64,000 nt of DNA, from positions 2,477,826 through 2,541,825 of the forward strand of contig BDGG01000002.1 in assembly GCA_001949185.1 (NCBI GenBank), given 5' to 3'. This DNA is from Ramazzottius varieornatus. Lineage: Eukaryota; Animalia; Tardigrada. The notes beneath the pieces were generated by a model that searched no databases, was not told the DNA's origin, and worked only from the letters and a program-made list of their open reading frames with translations. Numbering within the stretch: position 1 is the first letter of the stretch; the number at the start of each line of letters is the position of its first letter. Position numbers and translations under genes: made by a program. Positions 28,101-40,621 of this stretch are shown here, in pieces.

Positions 28101-30490
28101 ACGCCACGCTGACGCTGATGTTTTCTGACTATCGTCTGTATATAGGATCTACAACGCGGCGGCTTATGAACGGAAAGTGAAGCTAATGGCCAAGCAGACT
28201 GTCGCCCTTGAAGTTCTCTCCTATCACGCAACCGCCCCTGAAGAAGAAGTCCAACAGATTATGGTAAGATGGTAAGACACTACGGGAACCCTGATCTCTC
28301 ATTTGAAGTTTTTATGAAAATAACCTATGGCAGAATATTGATTGGTAAACACGATCAAAAAATCGGTGTCGTATGTTTGATGTTCGCGATACGGGAGGGC
28401 GCCGGAAAACAGTCTCGGGATGATGGTCATCTCCAATGGCGCACTTTTTCATCCCATGACAAGAAATACTGCGCTACTGCGATCATCCCGACATTGTTTG
28501 TCGGCACTTCCCAACTCTTTCTCGTTTCTTGTGGGTTACGATGATTTGACATTCTTGTCTCATAGGCAAGGACCATTCCTGAGGCCACTGAGGTTCATCT
28601 GAACGAGTGGAACTTTGACGATCTCCCGTTGTCCGATATGGAAACCATCCTTTGCACGTTGAGGATATTTGTCGACACGGGAATTTCCGAGTCTTTCAAG
28701 ATACCGTTTGACGTAACTCCGTCCACCTTCATACTTCAGTGTTTTGAAGAGGCGTACAACGATTTTCTGAGAATGGCGAATGCGTGTTTTAGGTTTTGGT
28801 TCGATGGGCGTTGAGCGTGAAGAAAAACTACCGGCCGGTGTTGTACCATAACTGGCGCCACGCCTTCAACGTGGTGCAGACCATGTACTGTATCATCACA
28901 GCTGGTGGTCTCCGCCGGTACTTTTCCGATTTGGATATTCTAGCGCTGATGACCGCCTGCATCTCCCATGACCTCGGTACGTCATATTTGTGACGTCAGA
29001 CACCACGACTGGTGATACCACTGTGCCAGGCGATCAAACCACTCTAGAATGAATGGTAGCAAAACGGTTCATACTGTACGGAAGAAATTGCGCCCGTAAA
29101 GAACATTAATTTTGATTACGAGCTTTCGGCTGTACCGACGGAATCCTTGTTAGTCGCAAAATAAAACCGCACCGCCTGAAAGGTTGATAAATGTTGTTCT
29201 TTTCCAGATCATCGTGGAACGAATAATGCCTTCCAGACAAAGAGTAACACCGCGTTAGCACAACTGTATGGTACTTCCGTGCTGGAAAAGCACCATTTCA
29301 ACCACTGTGTAATGATCCTTCAAAGTCCCGGCAATAACATTTTCGGCTCGCTGAGTCCCGAAGAATATCGACAAGCCATCAAGATGGTCGAGCACAACAT
29401 CATCTCCACCGACCTCGCTTTGTATTTCAAGTAAGAACCCAAAACAACCACCTGCTTCTTTCGTCCCGTCGCTTCGCGCCCAATTACTGCTGGTAAACAG
29501 TATTTCTCGCACAGGAAACGTGATTCCTTCAAGCAGCTAGTATCCTATCCCGACACTGACTGGTCAGCTGGACCAGCCAAGGAGCTTCTCAGTGGTATGC
29601 TGATGACCGCCTGCGATCTCGGTGCCATCTGTAAACCATGGGAGGTGCAACAGCTGGTAGCCGACCTGGTCGCCCAAGAGTTCTTTGAACAAGGCGATAT
29701 GGAGCAACAAAAGTTCGGCGCACCCACCGTAAGTCGCCCACTCACCGCTTTTTGTCCAAAAGAGCGGCTTGTCCTACTTTTTGAAGTTTTCAAACCCAAG
29801 CAGGTATTTCGCTTACATGTGGCCTGTCGATGCAGGCTCCCATGTTTGACCGGAACAAATATCCCGAACTACCCAAAATGCAAGTGGGCTTCATCGATTT
29901 CATCTGTTTGCCCTTGTACAAGGTAAGAAGAGATCCCATTCGGGTGGAACGACGGTGTCCGTTGTTTGCTTGCGTGTTCCGCATGCCCGGCCGTGTATTG
30001 TCCGAGTGTGCATGTCACTACAGTATTCCGATCCTTCACTATTCACCTTGCACTGTCTCTTTTGGATGCACCCACTTTAGACACTGGTAGAAAAGTTTCC
30101 GGGCATGGAGCCATTACTGTCCGGCTCGTTGGCTAACCGTGAGAAATGGCAGTTACTGTCTGAAGGGAAGCTGGACGAGAAGCTAGTCTCGGACTCACTG
30201 GCCCATAAACTGCGCGACTTTGAGAAAAAAGAAGATGGTAGGCTATGCCTTCTTGTTGCCCTATTCAGTTTCCACCCACTGCATGTGACGCACATGCAGC
30301 ACTTTGCACAGGATTTGAAAATATTCCTCTTCGGTTTTTGTGGGATGTATGGTAATCTTTTCAGGCGTTCAGTGATTTCGCCCCGGGACTGAAGCCGCTC
30401 TACGACGGCTGTTTGACCAATCGGGAGCATTGGGAAAAGACGCTGGTGTGGGAGAAGGGTTTGAACCGGCAAGGTTCGCAGGGATCTTAA
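22157..30490 (+). CDS. Pde6: cGMP phosphodiesterase with tandem GAF domains (invertebrate PDE5/6 type)
   Basis: [19 protein letters not shown]...ADRGSLFL...PFGRGIAG...[16 protein letters not shown]...[28 protein letters not shown] closely recalls Drosophila Pde6. Catalytic motifs: [36 protein letters not shown] and [13 protein letters not shown]. Includes a 26-nt microexon at 27994-28019. The start codon is uncertain (22157 or 22169). Confidence 0.93.
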
Positions 30491-31374
30491 ACAGTAGTAT
30501 TACGGGATTTGATTCATTACACGATCATGCAACATCAACGATCGTACAACATCTTTTGTTGTGAGGTTAATCTTTCGTCTGTAAGAGTACCGGTGCTCTC
30601 TGAGTTGTCTTTTTTCGGATTTTTCTAAGTCTGTCTCCAAGAACCTGGACTGCGTCTTGCTAAATGCGTTACCGAATTATCGAGTCTTCAAACCGAACAT
30701 TCTTAAGCTCCATACAACTAGTGTCCAATAAATCGAAACGGCAAAGATCTTGTAAAAATCCAATGGGTTCTACGCTACGAGATACTGTAACGTATAGTAT
30801 ACGCGTGCAGTTAGCCAAACAACAGAGAAGCAAGTGAGGAAATTTTGACACATAAATTACGGACAAGTAAGGACATCAAGTATATGACATTGAATCTCAC
30901 AAGGAAACGAAGGTGAACTTCGCTCAAAAGCACCGCCTACTTTGTGAAGGTGCCTTCAACTGCTTGTAAGAATCTTTTGGCCAAGGAGAAGATTTTGAAT
31001 GCGTGGAACCCTCTTGAAGGACTTCTGGTTTCTCGACGTCTACTGGGTCTCGTATCGTCCGAAACATGACGTCTTCAGCAACAAGAATGCATCAGATGAG
31101 CTGAGGAACACTTCTGCTATTTCAGGTTAGCGGTTCAAAACTTTTCGTTTTCTTCGATTTTCATCGATGAGTGGTCCATCACAAAAACCTGGTCTGCCTA
31201 CACGCGGTCGACGCCCATTCGAAGCGACACATGTACATGAAGAAGAAGAAGCGCTACAATTTTTAGATTTTTCGACCTCAGGAGCTTACTGGACTGCACT
31301 CTGTTTCCTTCGTGCATTAATCAGCTCATCGGAGATTGTAAGGAGCTAGTGTGGGATGTCACAATAGTCGATAA

Positions 31375-31430
31375 CCTGGGCAAAGCCACTCTCGCAGCGG
31401 TAACCGCTGTGAGAGTGGGTTTGACCTAGG
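31375..31430. repeat. Near-perfect DNA palindrome/hairpin
   Basis: cctgggcaaagccactctcgcagcggt-a-accgctgtgagagtgggtttgacctagg. Confidence 0.7.
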
Positions 31431-32093
31431 CCTGACCGACTTCACCATGTCGACGGTTAAACCCGGATCTGCTGCCGATGCCGCCGAAAAGAGAAAATTT
31501 ACAGAGTATCCGGATTTTAAAAACCAGTTTCATACTTTCATTTCTGTCCCTTCTGACCTGCAGGTCTTATACCATGGGGACCTTCCGTGACGGAACTGTT
31601 GGAAGCAATAATTACTAACGAATTTCTTTTTAGAATACTGTCCCGGCGACTACAGCAGCACATGTGTTGTACAGTATGAGCTAATCAGGTGGGTGCATCA
31701 AGGACGGACCTGCGTTGATTGTTCTCGATGTCTTCTTGGTAGCAGTGCTATGGCCAACCGGCTTGCTATGCTTTGCCGCAGCACTTTACCGTCAAAATGT
31801 CTTCGGGGGTTTTCGAATTTTGCCTTCAGTATAACCTTCAGCGTATCCAGATAAATACTAAACTCGTAACCTTACTGCACCATAATTTCGAAAAATAATC
31901 GTAACACCGCACCGTAACTCGTACCCCTCACAACGATGTACGCTCAGCATACTGAAACGCCGCAGCCGAAATAGCGGCCACGGCCAAGCCAGTTGCTTGG
32001 GTTTGCAACGCAAGAAAATCTATTTTTCACTTGTTTCCGCATTTCTCCTCGCTTTCTTCCTGGATCTGTTTTGACTTTCGCTGCCACCTCGCC

Positions 32094-35000
32094 ATGGAAC
32101 ACTCATCGTATATTTCGGATGAGGATGACGACAACGAGATAGTGTTCGATGGTATCTTCCCATCTGGTTCGCCCAACAGCAGTGGCTGCAGTGGGGGTGT
32201 CAAACGCCTGAAAACTGAGGACATCAGTTAAGATATACTCCCCGATCGTTCTACAAGCGCTTTCGACGCGGAATGGGACAACTAAGACGAGTCGGACGAA
32301 CTGACTATGAATTCTGTCATCCCCGACGACGATCCTAATATTCCGAGCACCTCTTCTGGAGTTGGAAGGTACGTTTTCGAACTTTCCAACGTATCTCAAA
32401 AACACCTATAAACCACTGGACCTGCAAATGTTCACGCCGGCGAAGTTGTCCTCGTATAAGCCGTCGAAGTTATCACTTTACACGCCGGCGGAGATGCCAC
32501 TGCACAAGCCGGTGAAGTCCATATCATATCGTCTCAGTTGTCATTGTACGCGCCGGTGGAGACGGCAGACCACACGCCGGCGTAGACGTTACTCCTCACG
32601 CCGGCGAAATCCGTGTACATGCCGTACTCGCCGATTGAGATGACGATATGTACGGTGTTTGTGTGGTTTATTTGCACTATGTAGTCCACAAATGCAATAT
32701 TCATTGCAAGCAATGTATCGATTGGTTATTTCAGGAACTTTGCAAACTTCAAAGACTCTTCGGTGAAGAATGCTGATAGGTCGGTTGTATGTATGTTGGA
32801 AAGTGACGACGACAACGACGCATCAGCTATCACCGACGCCTCCACGCAGAGCAGCGCTAATGAGCCAGTGCACATGTGCATTACCCCGTAAGTAGTCGGG
32901 ATTATGAGCAGCGCACAAGTGACTCCAGCGTTAACTGGATCACTTACCTGTTGCAGGGAGACGTTTTCTGATTCAGGCCATGAGCCAAAACGATTATCTC
33001 AGCCAGTGGTTACATTTTCTGGACGTGGAAATCTTGCCTTAGGAGCTCGCGTGGCGGACAGCGCTCTGGGACCATGTTATGAGATGTGAGTCAAGCTGCT
33101 TCTTTTCAATACATGCCGGCAGAGTTGTTACTGTATAAACCGGTGAAGATGCCGTTGTATAAGCCGATGAGGATGCTGGTGTGCACGCCGACGGAGTTGT
33201 CAACGTAGTGAAATCTAACTCACATCATATTGCTTTCTGCAGAGATAATCTTTATCGTTGTTTCCAAACGGTGGAAAGCGATGCGTCAGTTCTCGCCTGG
33301 CTGTGTAATCCAGAAGTCCTTGATTCGTAAAAATATCACCGAATACCTCAGTGCTTCCAAGGTCAAGCGTGGTTTGCCGTTTCCTTCCGGCCCGAGCAAA
33401 GAGAACGGATCTACGGACTAATTCTGGACGACGGGAATAGCAGCTAGAGAGAATCAAATGAACGGTTTGGTAGTGGTAGTAAACATGATGACGACCAGAC
33501 GCCGTTCTTGTTCATGAAGAAGGACTGGTACAGTCGACCTAATGGGAAGCCCAATGGCTTCAGGCGACGTATTCTTGCAATTGTGTCGTCAGAGGGCTGC
33601 AGCAAGCCAGTCGAGAACTTCTTCGTGATCCAGTATGTATGGTCCGACGAAAGCAAGATCGCACCATCCCCGCCTGGGAAAACCTACACCAACCGCGCTA
33701 TCACAAGCGCGATCAAGAAGCTAGCGTCACCTGTTGCACGCGGCAAGCCCATGAGCCCTAGAGACATCGTTCTCGAAGTTGCGTCAACTATACCCGAAAT
33801 CGACCGCGAGGTGAACCCATATTATGGACCGAAAGATATGCGACAGGTCATGACCATCAGAAACACGGTCAACAAGAACACATACGGAGAAGACGTGGAA
33901 AGCTACCTGCGAAGGAAGGAAGAGGTCATTCTTCGTCAGTACCCGAACGAGGATGGATCGAAGTCTGAGATTTTCGTCGTGGTAGATCCGTACCACGTTG
34001 GACTGATAGCGACGAACGGCGACCAAAAGCTAAAGTGTATGTCGATTAAGGTCAGAGCAATTGCCTATTCCGGCAATGTTGACAAAGTACACGCCAGCGA
34101 TGTTTCCGCTGTAAACACCGGCAGTTTTGGTAATCTACATGCCAGTGGAGTAGTTCGTTCACAGGCCGGTAGAGTTGTCAGTGTACATTTGACGGAATTC
34201 TTGAAGTACAAGCCGGTAATATTGTCGGTCGCCTTATCAACAGGCACTGTAGACTGAGCTGATTTTCGTCTTGTAGTGATGCGCACCTGAATGGGGTATT
34301 AATCCTTTGGTTTTCTGTTTGCAGTGAAGCTTCGCTTGCAGATCGGGTTGACTTTCCAGCTGTGCAACATGTATCTGGTGGTCATAGTCATCCAACATCC
34401 TTATCTTGTGAATGAAAAGACAGGAAAGCCTGCTCTGCTGATCGGACCAACATGCCTAACTCAGAGGAAGTCGAAAGCTTCGTTGTCGGTGTTCGCTAAT
34501 TACCTCCGAGAATGTCTCGTGAATGCAGGTGTCGATGTGATGTCAAAAGACTTCGGCTTCGATTTCATCACCGATGGCGAGCGAGCACTGTACGACGCAT
34601 TCCGCGAAGCTTTCCCTCGACACAACCATACGCTCTGCGTTCTACATATCCGAGATGGTATCAAGAGATACTTCCTCGGAAAGCCCGTACCCTCTTCGCA
34701 TGTGTCGTTCGTGTTGAACTGCGTACTGGGGTACCACCGCAACGTAGCTGGTGTGAGGAAGCATGTTCTAGGGCTGGTAGATTCAGTTTTGGAAGAGCAG
34801 TATCTCCAGAAGTGGAAAGAGATGAAGAGCTCTTTGGGCGATGACAAATTCCAGCACTGGTTTGGAAAACACCATCAGAAGAACTTTGTCGAGAAACTAA
34901 TCCTACCGGCACGTGAAAAGAGGGGTTTCTCGCGCGATCTTCCTAATACTAATCTGTCCGAGGCCATGAACAAAACGCTCAAAGCCTTTTTTGGCACGCA

Positions 35001-36468
35001 CAACGATCCCCGGGAAGTGGCTGAGAGGTTGCTCAAGATGTACGCCGATGAAACTGTGTTCATGTTCCAGGCCCTGAAAGATCAAGGCGGATACAGAATA
35101 GCCGAGCAGTACAGAGAAGACCTTCTCCTGTCGCGAGAGAAAGCACACGACAATAGCCACATAATGTCCAAAGTGCAACGGTTGTTTCCCAAGTGCAACG
35201 TGAACACCGTGGTTGTCGTTGCATCGAGTCGAAAAGTAAGTACCAGCGGAGTTGTTGCAAGTAGGCCGGTGGTGTTACGTTTTGTTGGCGAAGATGCTGC
35301 ATTGTCCGCCGTCGGAGTTGCCAAAGCCTACGCGGGCAGAGCTGCCGCGCTTTGTGCCGGTGAAGTCTTGTTGGTTCGTCTAATAGTAGAACAGGTACAT
35401 AGTGCTAGTCTGTAACTGTGACATTATGTTTGTAGGTCGATTTGTCGGGAGATGGAACAAGACCGCCCAATGTGCTGACGGACTTTGCCACCACCGGACT
35501 TCCCGACATGTTTCGCGCTAGCTGGGACAAGGCCGTGGAGCTTATGGGCGGCCCTGCTGACGAAGGCTGGATGGTTGAGCTTTCCGCGGAAGAAACGACC
35601 CAGTATAAACGAAAATGGAACTCCTCGGTCGTTCGGAAAGTTCGGTCTACAGACAAGAAGCCCTGCTGGTACTTCGTCAAGATCTGCACTACTTCCGGGG
35701 AAGGTAAATGCGGTTGTTTGCAGTTCACTCAGAATAAAGACCCAGCTTGCAAACATATCATTGCCGTGACCGCAGCGACCGGAAACTTGGCGCAGATGGT
35801 GGAATGGCTGAAATTAGAGAAGAATTTGCGACCCTTCGGCAGCTGGCTCGTGCGAAGTGTTGGTGGTCACAAGGTTGGGCGAAAGATGAAGAATCTGAGC
35901 GGATCCGGTTACACAACCCGTAAAGACAAGGAAGCTGTCGAAATGAACTTCGAGGAAGAAGAATACTGTTACAAGGGCGAGGGTTGCAAAATTGGTAAAC
36001 CTCCATAGATGCCGTCAGTGTTAGCAAAGGAGACGCTGGCGTAGTTGTCCCTACTGATGTACACGCCGGCGTAGTGACCATGCATGAATTTAGACTACCA
36101 TGTCTGGGACAACATACTTGTTTCTTTTAGGCAAACCATGGCGTGACAGTACCCACAAGTTTGTCGTCAAGAAATATCCAAATCCTGGTATGGGTTACCA
36201 ATGCCCCGGGTGCCGAACTTTGTTTGCCGAAAGACCTGCGAATTTCGACATACTCGTCACTCACACAGAGCAAGATTTCGAGAATGGTGGCGACGGTGTT
36301 ATTGCGTTACCTCGAATGCGTCTCTATCACATGAACAATCGCTGTGTAAAGACTCGACATCCAAAGTTTGACTCCTCAAAGGATGTTGTGGTGAGCAAGA
36401 GCCTAGGAAGTTTGACGGATGCTGAGCGAAATGTAATTCAAAGTTTCCGTTCGGGATACGTGATTTAA
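32094..36468 (+). pseudogene. MULE transposase with SWIM zinc finger and C-terminal Cys/His domain, 7 exons, degenerate
   Basis: xTFQLCNMYLVV...HPYL...TGKPALLIGP, FITDGERALYDAF..FP...LCVLHI (D plus CxxH), TNLSEAMN (E), SWIM CGC...CKHIIAV, and C-terminal CPGC...YH...C..RHPKF. Introns at 32369-32734, 32888-32956, 33086-33242, 34037-34324, 35236-35435 and 35995-36130. In-frame stops at ~32229, ~32283 and ~33445, plus a frameshift at ~33420. Confidence 0.88.
32433..32640 (+). repeat. ~24-bp degenerate tandem repeat (core cacGCCGGCGAAGTTGTC) in MULE introns
   Basis: Visible 24-nt periodicity here and at ~33112-33205, ~34085-34225, ~35240-35370, ~36008-36080 and ~36606-36660, and inverted at ~38335-38445. 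Confidence 0.85.
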
Positions 36469-37152
36469 TTCTATTTAACTTACTTCAAGCTGCTCTGGCG
36501 ATAATGGTACTATGTTGCTCTACAACACAATGCCCGTACAGTTTGAACGTTGTTCAACCTGAAGGTAATTTGGTGTCAAGCTTTCTGTTTTTGGTTTTGG
36601 TACCGTACAACCCGGCGAAGTTGCGAATGTGAGCCGGCGGAGCTGTGTGCACCAGCGGTTTTGAGATTGTCTGCCGTCTGCAATGTTCTTGTGAATCTGT
36701 CAGCTCTTTCGTATTGAATTCCTCCGCAAGGGTACATCTAAGCTACTTTTCTTCTTTTGGGATTCCTCTGGAAGATTTTCAGATAGCTGACTTGTTGAAA
36801 GCTGGTAGGACTTCGACGTTCTTCCTGTTTCCGAGGTAGTAAGCGACCATGGCTTTGTCCAGCTTAAAGGACACCGAAAAGTGCCACACTTGCGATTTCG
36901 TGGAGACATCGAAACTTTGACAAGAGCATCGCGATCGAGAATGGTGATCACTATTCACACAGGGAAGCTAATTCGTCCAGACATTCCACGGGCGCACGAG
37001 AAACCAAGAACCAGACGAGGAACCAGAAACCAAAGCGCACAAAGGATGTCTCGATGAAGTGTAGGAAAGCAGTTCGGATGCACTCGGTCAAATCACCGAT
37101 ATTTCCAAAAACTGGGCTTCAAACCGAAAGCATAAGTAACAAAGTGAACTCT

Positions 37153-40121
37153 TCAGAGACTCATGAAGTAACGGACCGCACGATCGACGGACAACTCCCG
37201 TTCCTCTTTGGCTGATGGGGACGGTGCCGATTTGTTCCGAGGCGTCGCTTTCTTGGGGTGCACCACCACAGTCAGCTTTCGATTCTCTTCTTCCAAAGCT
37301 GCTCGTTCTTGCTCGGACTTGGCTAACTTCTTTTTCAGTACTTCGATGGTTTCTTCGGTGGTTGTGGCGGTTTTCTTGGCGAGAGACCTCGACTTGGACT
37401 TATCCTCCGAGGACTTCTTCTTGGTCCCACCAGCCTTCTTGGCTCCTTCAGGCTTCTTGGTATCGGCAGACTTTTCCGGTTGCTTGGTTGTTTTTTCAGC
37501 CATCATCTGAAAGATAACTTTCCGTTCAGTCTCATCGTTATATTCTGATCGTTACGGATCTGAGCTCAGAGTTCAAGTATGCCTTACCATCGGTGTCTTC
37601 GTCCGCTACATTGTCCGCCACTTTGCGTCGTGCGAACGACATCGTTCGAGGCTTACGTAAATGGTTTAATGCTTCTCGACCGCACAACTTCAGGAATTCT
37701 TTTTCACCAGCAGGAGAAAGGCCGCCACATTTCCTTAAATTGTCCCGGTCAACCACTCCCTTTGCGTTTTTCTTTCCGCTCGATTTGGAAGGAGGACACT
37801 GATGCACTTGAAGAGGAGACCGAGGGACTTCAGCACGCCCGAACCGTGATCCTGTTTCTTTTTCGCCGACCACCTGCAAATATTTAGCCGACAATCCTCA
37901 ATAGGTAGCCAACACAAAACGCTTCCGCGTATCTCACTGGACAGCTCAGTTTCCACTGCAAAATGCATCTGCAATACTGAAAACAGTACCTGGCGGAAAA
38001 GGTACCAATCCCACTGTTTGACAGGTCACAGAATTTCGCCTTCCGGAAGTTGGCCATAACCCTAAACAAAATACAAGTCATGACATTCATGATATTTCAT
38101 CTGCAAAGAACTAAGCCCGTATGTCTCTTAAAAGCCTCCTACCATTGTCGGCGAATCTTAGTAAGAACATCCTTCTCCCTCCGTGGCATCTTCCGTGGTT
38201 TTTCGGTTGGTGAGTGTTCTTGCTCAAGCATATCCATAGTCACTGTACCTATAGAACAGATCACGTAACTAACTTTGCCATTCAAACATAGTTATCTCAG
38301 ATAACAGTAGAATCGCGCGGATCCGCGTTAATCCGCTGGCTTGTATGCAGACAACTCGGACGGCCCGTACAGTGACCACTTCCCCGGCTCGTACAGTAAC
38401 TACTTCGCCGGCCTGTACAGCAACCACTTCCCCGGCTCGTACAGACCGTTCATGCAATGCCAACACCCGTTACAGGGAAACGACTACAATCCAGCCCTGT
38501 GACTTGAAACCACGGTACGTACCTTCGGGAACAGTTTCTTCCACCTCGGTAACTTGTTGGACGGGCACCAGGAAGGAGACGATCTTACCGTTCTCCACCT
38601 TGCTTTGGACCATGAACTGCTGACCTGGAGTTCCGGCAGGACTTCCAGCAGGAACGGCTGTAACGACGGTGCCCACAGGTAGCATTTCGGTCATGGCTAA
38701 TTGAAAAACAAGCAAATACGTAATAGCCTGTGCCTGATTTTCCGTCATCGCTGCGGTTTTCGAACCGTAATAAATAGCTCTCACCGGCTGGCACCTTTTT
38801 CCTCGCACCAGTGTTCTTCGCTCTTTCGGTTTTCTTGATACTGGATGGGTTTTCCAGTCGGTTAATCGACTTCTCAGATGAACTGGCTGGCTCTAAGCTG
38901 TGCGCTTTTCCGTTGTCGGTCAAGGTGGTCGGCTCGCTTTCGAGCGCTGAAGCCATGCTGGGAGGCTCCAGCGACCGACAGCCCGCAGCTGAAATATTAT
39001 CTCCCGCAGACAGTCCTGCATCAATTCTCGCTTGTTTACTGCTCGTCGTACCTGGAAAAATATTGAAAATGAATATCCTGTGAGCGGAATTCAATGGAAA
39101 ATTCAATGGGATGAACATGCAGCATAAATAATTTTCCAAACATTCGAGAGTCAAGGTACACTACCGAAATGTTCGGTTGAACTCGCGCATTACTTCGACT
39201 GCTTCGGCACTAGAGGTAAAATTTTTTGAAGTTACCCCTAGGTTCGGCAGTCGCGCCTCCTCTGCTTCCACCTTTTCCTCGGCCTCTGGCGGGAGATACT
39301 CCGTTGATAGGCACAGGATTGGAGCTTTGAAACACACTGGCTTTTTTCGCCGTCATCTGCAAAAAACTGGTCTTGTCTGCCTGGGCCGTTCTGCTCTTGA
39401 TTCCACTGCAAAATTAAACATCACGCAACGTGATGCATAAGTCTATCCGAAGAAAACAAACATGAATTTTTCCCCAGAGTTCATACCTGGCCTCCATCAA
39501 GGCGCCGTTTTCGGCCGAGGCCTTGGAGTTGTTCTCTGTGTTCTGCAACATCAGTGAATCGCTGTACATCCACTCGTCATACCTGAAGAGGAGAAAGCAT
39601 CAGACATCTTCCTTCTGCCGCATCCGATGGATGTCGGAGCTTGCTTACCGTTTTCCCCAACCCGAGTAATGGATTCTGTAGATGGGCACGGATGTCGTCT
39701 CATCTCCGGGATACTTGTACGTTTCGATCAGAATGATCTTAGCTTCGTGCCACTGTCCCTTGCTGATGACCTATACATCGTCGCCTGCAACACAAGCACC
39801 AGTAATCAGCAAAAGCAGTCGGGAGAAAGAACTGATTCGACACTGGAAAGTGCGAAGCTATGACCAGCTACCGACCACTTTCCGCAACTTCGTGTGGGTC
39901 GAGATTGTGCGCGACTTGATCTGGGTGATCATCAATCGGAGGTTTTCTAGAGACGTACCTATGCAGAATTTCTTCATGAAATCTTCGAGACGCATTTCTG
40001 TGTGGTCGTTCAGCTCCTTCTTCATGTTTCTGTTTGGTGTGCTGGGAGCAGGGTTGATGGTCATGATCGGCGGAGGGATGCCTCCGTGTGAAGGGGCACT
40101 GCACGTCGATGTCTTGTCCAT
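37153..40121 (-). pseudogene. Second MULE gene: multi-exon protein with an MRG15/MSL3/MOF-type chromo-barrel (Tudor-knot) domain
   Basis: Exons 39649-39784 and ~39488-39582 splice to GDDV*VISKGQWHEAKIILIE...PIYRIHYSGWGKRYDEWMYSDSLMLQNTEN, the chromo-barrel signature. Further GT-AG exons run down to ~37500, and a Lys-rich/coiled-coil ORF lies at 37153-37506. One in-frame TAG (39771-39773) and probable frameshifts. The 3' end is uncertain. Confidence 0.8.
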
Positions 40122-40621
40122 GGCGCTGTGAAACAGAACAACACGCTGTTTCCACTCAACCGACAAACAGTGATTGTCCGCACAATGGGAGGGGATGTTC
40201 CAGGCAGCAACTTGTGATGAAAATGGCTTTTGATTTCGCAGGTCACGGCAGGTGTCAAAACTTCGAAGAATCATGAATCGAAGAGATACGGAGAAGCGGG
40301 GAATTCGTGAAATCTCACGGTATGTCGCCCAGTCAGCGGTTACCGTGCGGAAAAAAGGAAATAAAATAATCAAGTAGCGATGTGCGGGTACGGTGTTCGG
40401 TGGTGTGGTGTTTGGTTGAGCTAGTTCTAGTCGATATGCAGCGAAAACACGTTGAAGGCATAGTTCGCAAACCCTTGAATACATTTCGACGGTAAAGTGC
40501 TGCGAAGGCAAAGCATAGCAAGCCTGGCCAACCGCCATAGGCCTGGTTGATTCACCAGTACCTAGAATACAGTGCAGAATACCAGAATTAATGACCAAGA
40601 CTTAAGAGCTGGGTTGTACTA

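Larger units (their letters stand above)
31760..40524. mobile_element. Full-length Mutator-like element (MULE), ~8.8 kb, with two convergent genes
   Basis: Exact 9-bp TSD TGGCCAACC at 31751-31759 and 40525-40533. ~70-bp imperfect TIRs begin GGCTTGCTATGCTTTGCC (31760-31828 vs 40451-40524). Confidence 0.93.

Noticed and set aside
31375-31430. Pre-miRNA
   Set aside because: The loop is only 1-2 nt, which fits a DNA palindrome better.
31167-31759. Host gene interrupted by the MULE
   Set aside because: A frame is open across the empty site and splice-like signals exist, but I could build no consistent exon chain and recognised no homology.
32433-32640. CRISPR-like array
   Set aside because: These are degenerate head-to-tail repeats without unique spacers, in a eukaryotic context with no cas genes.
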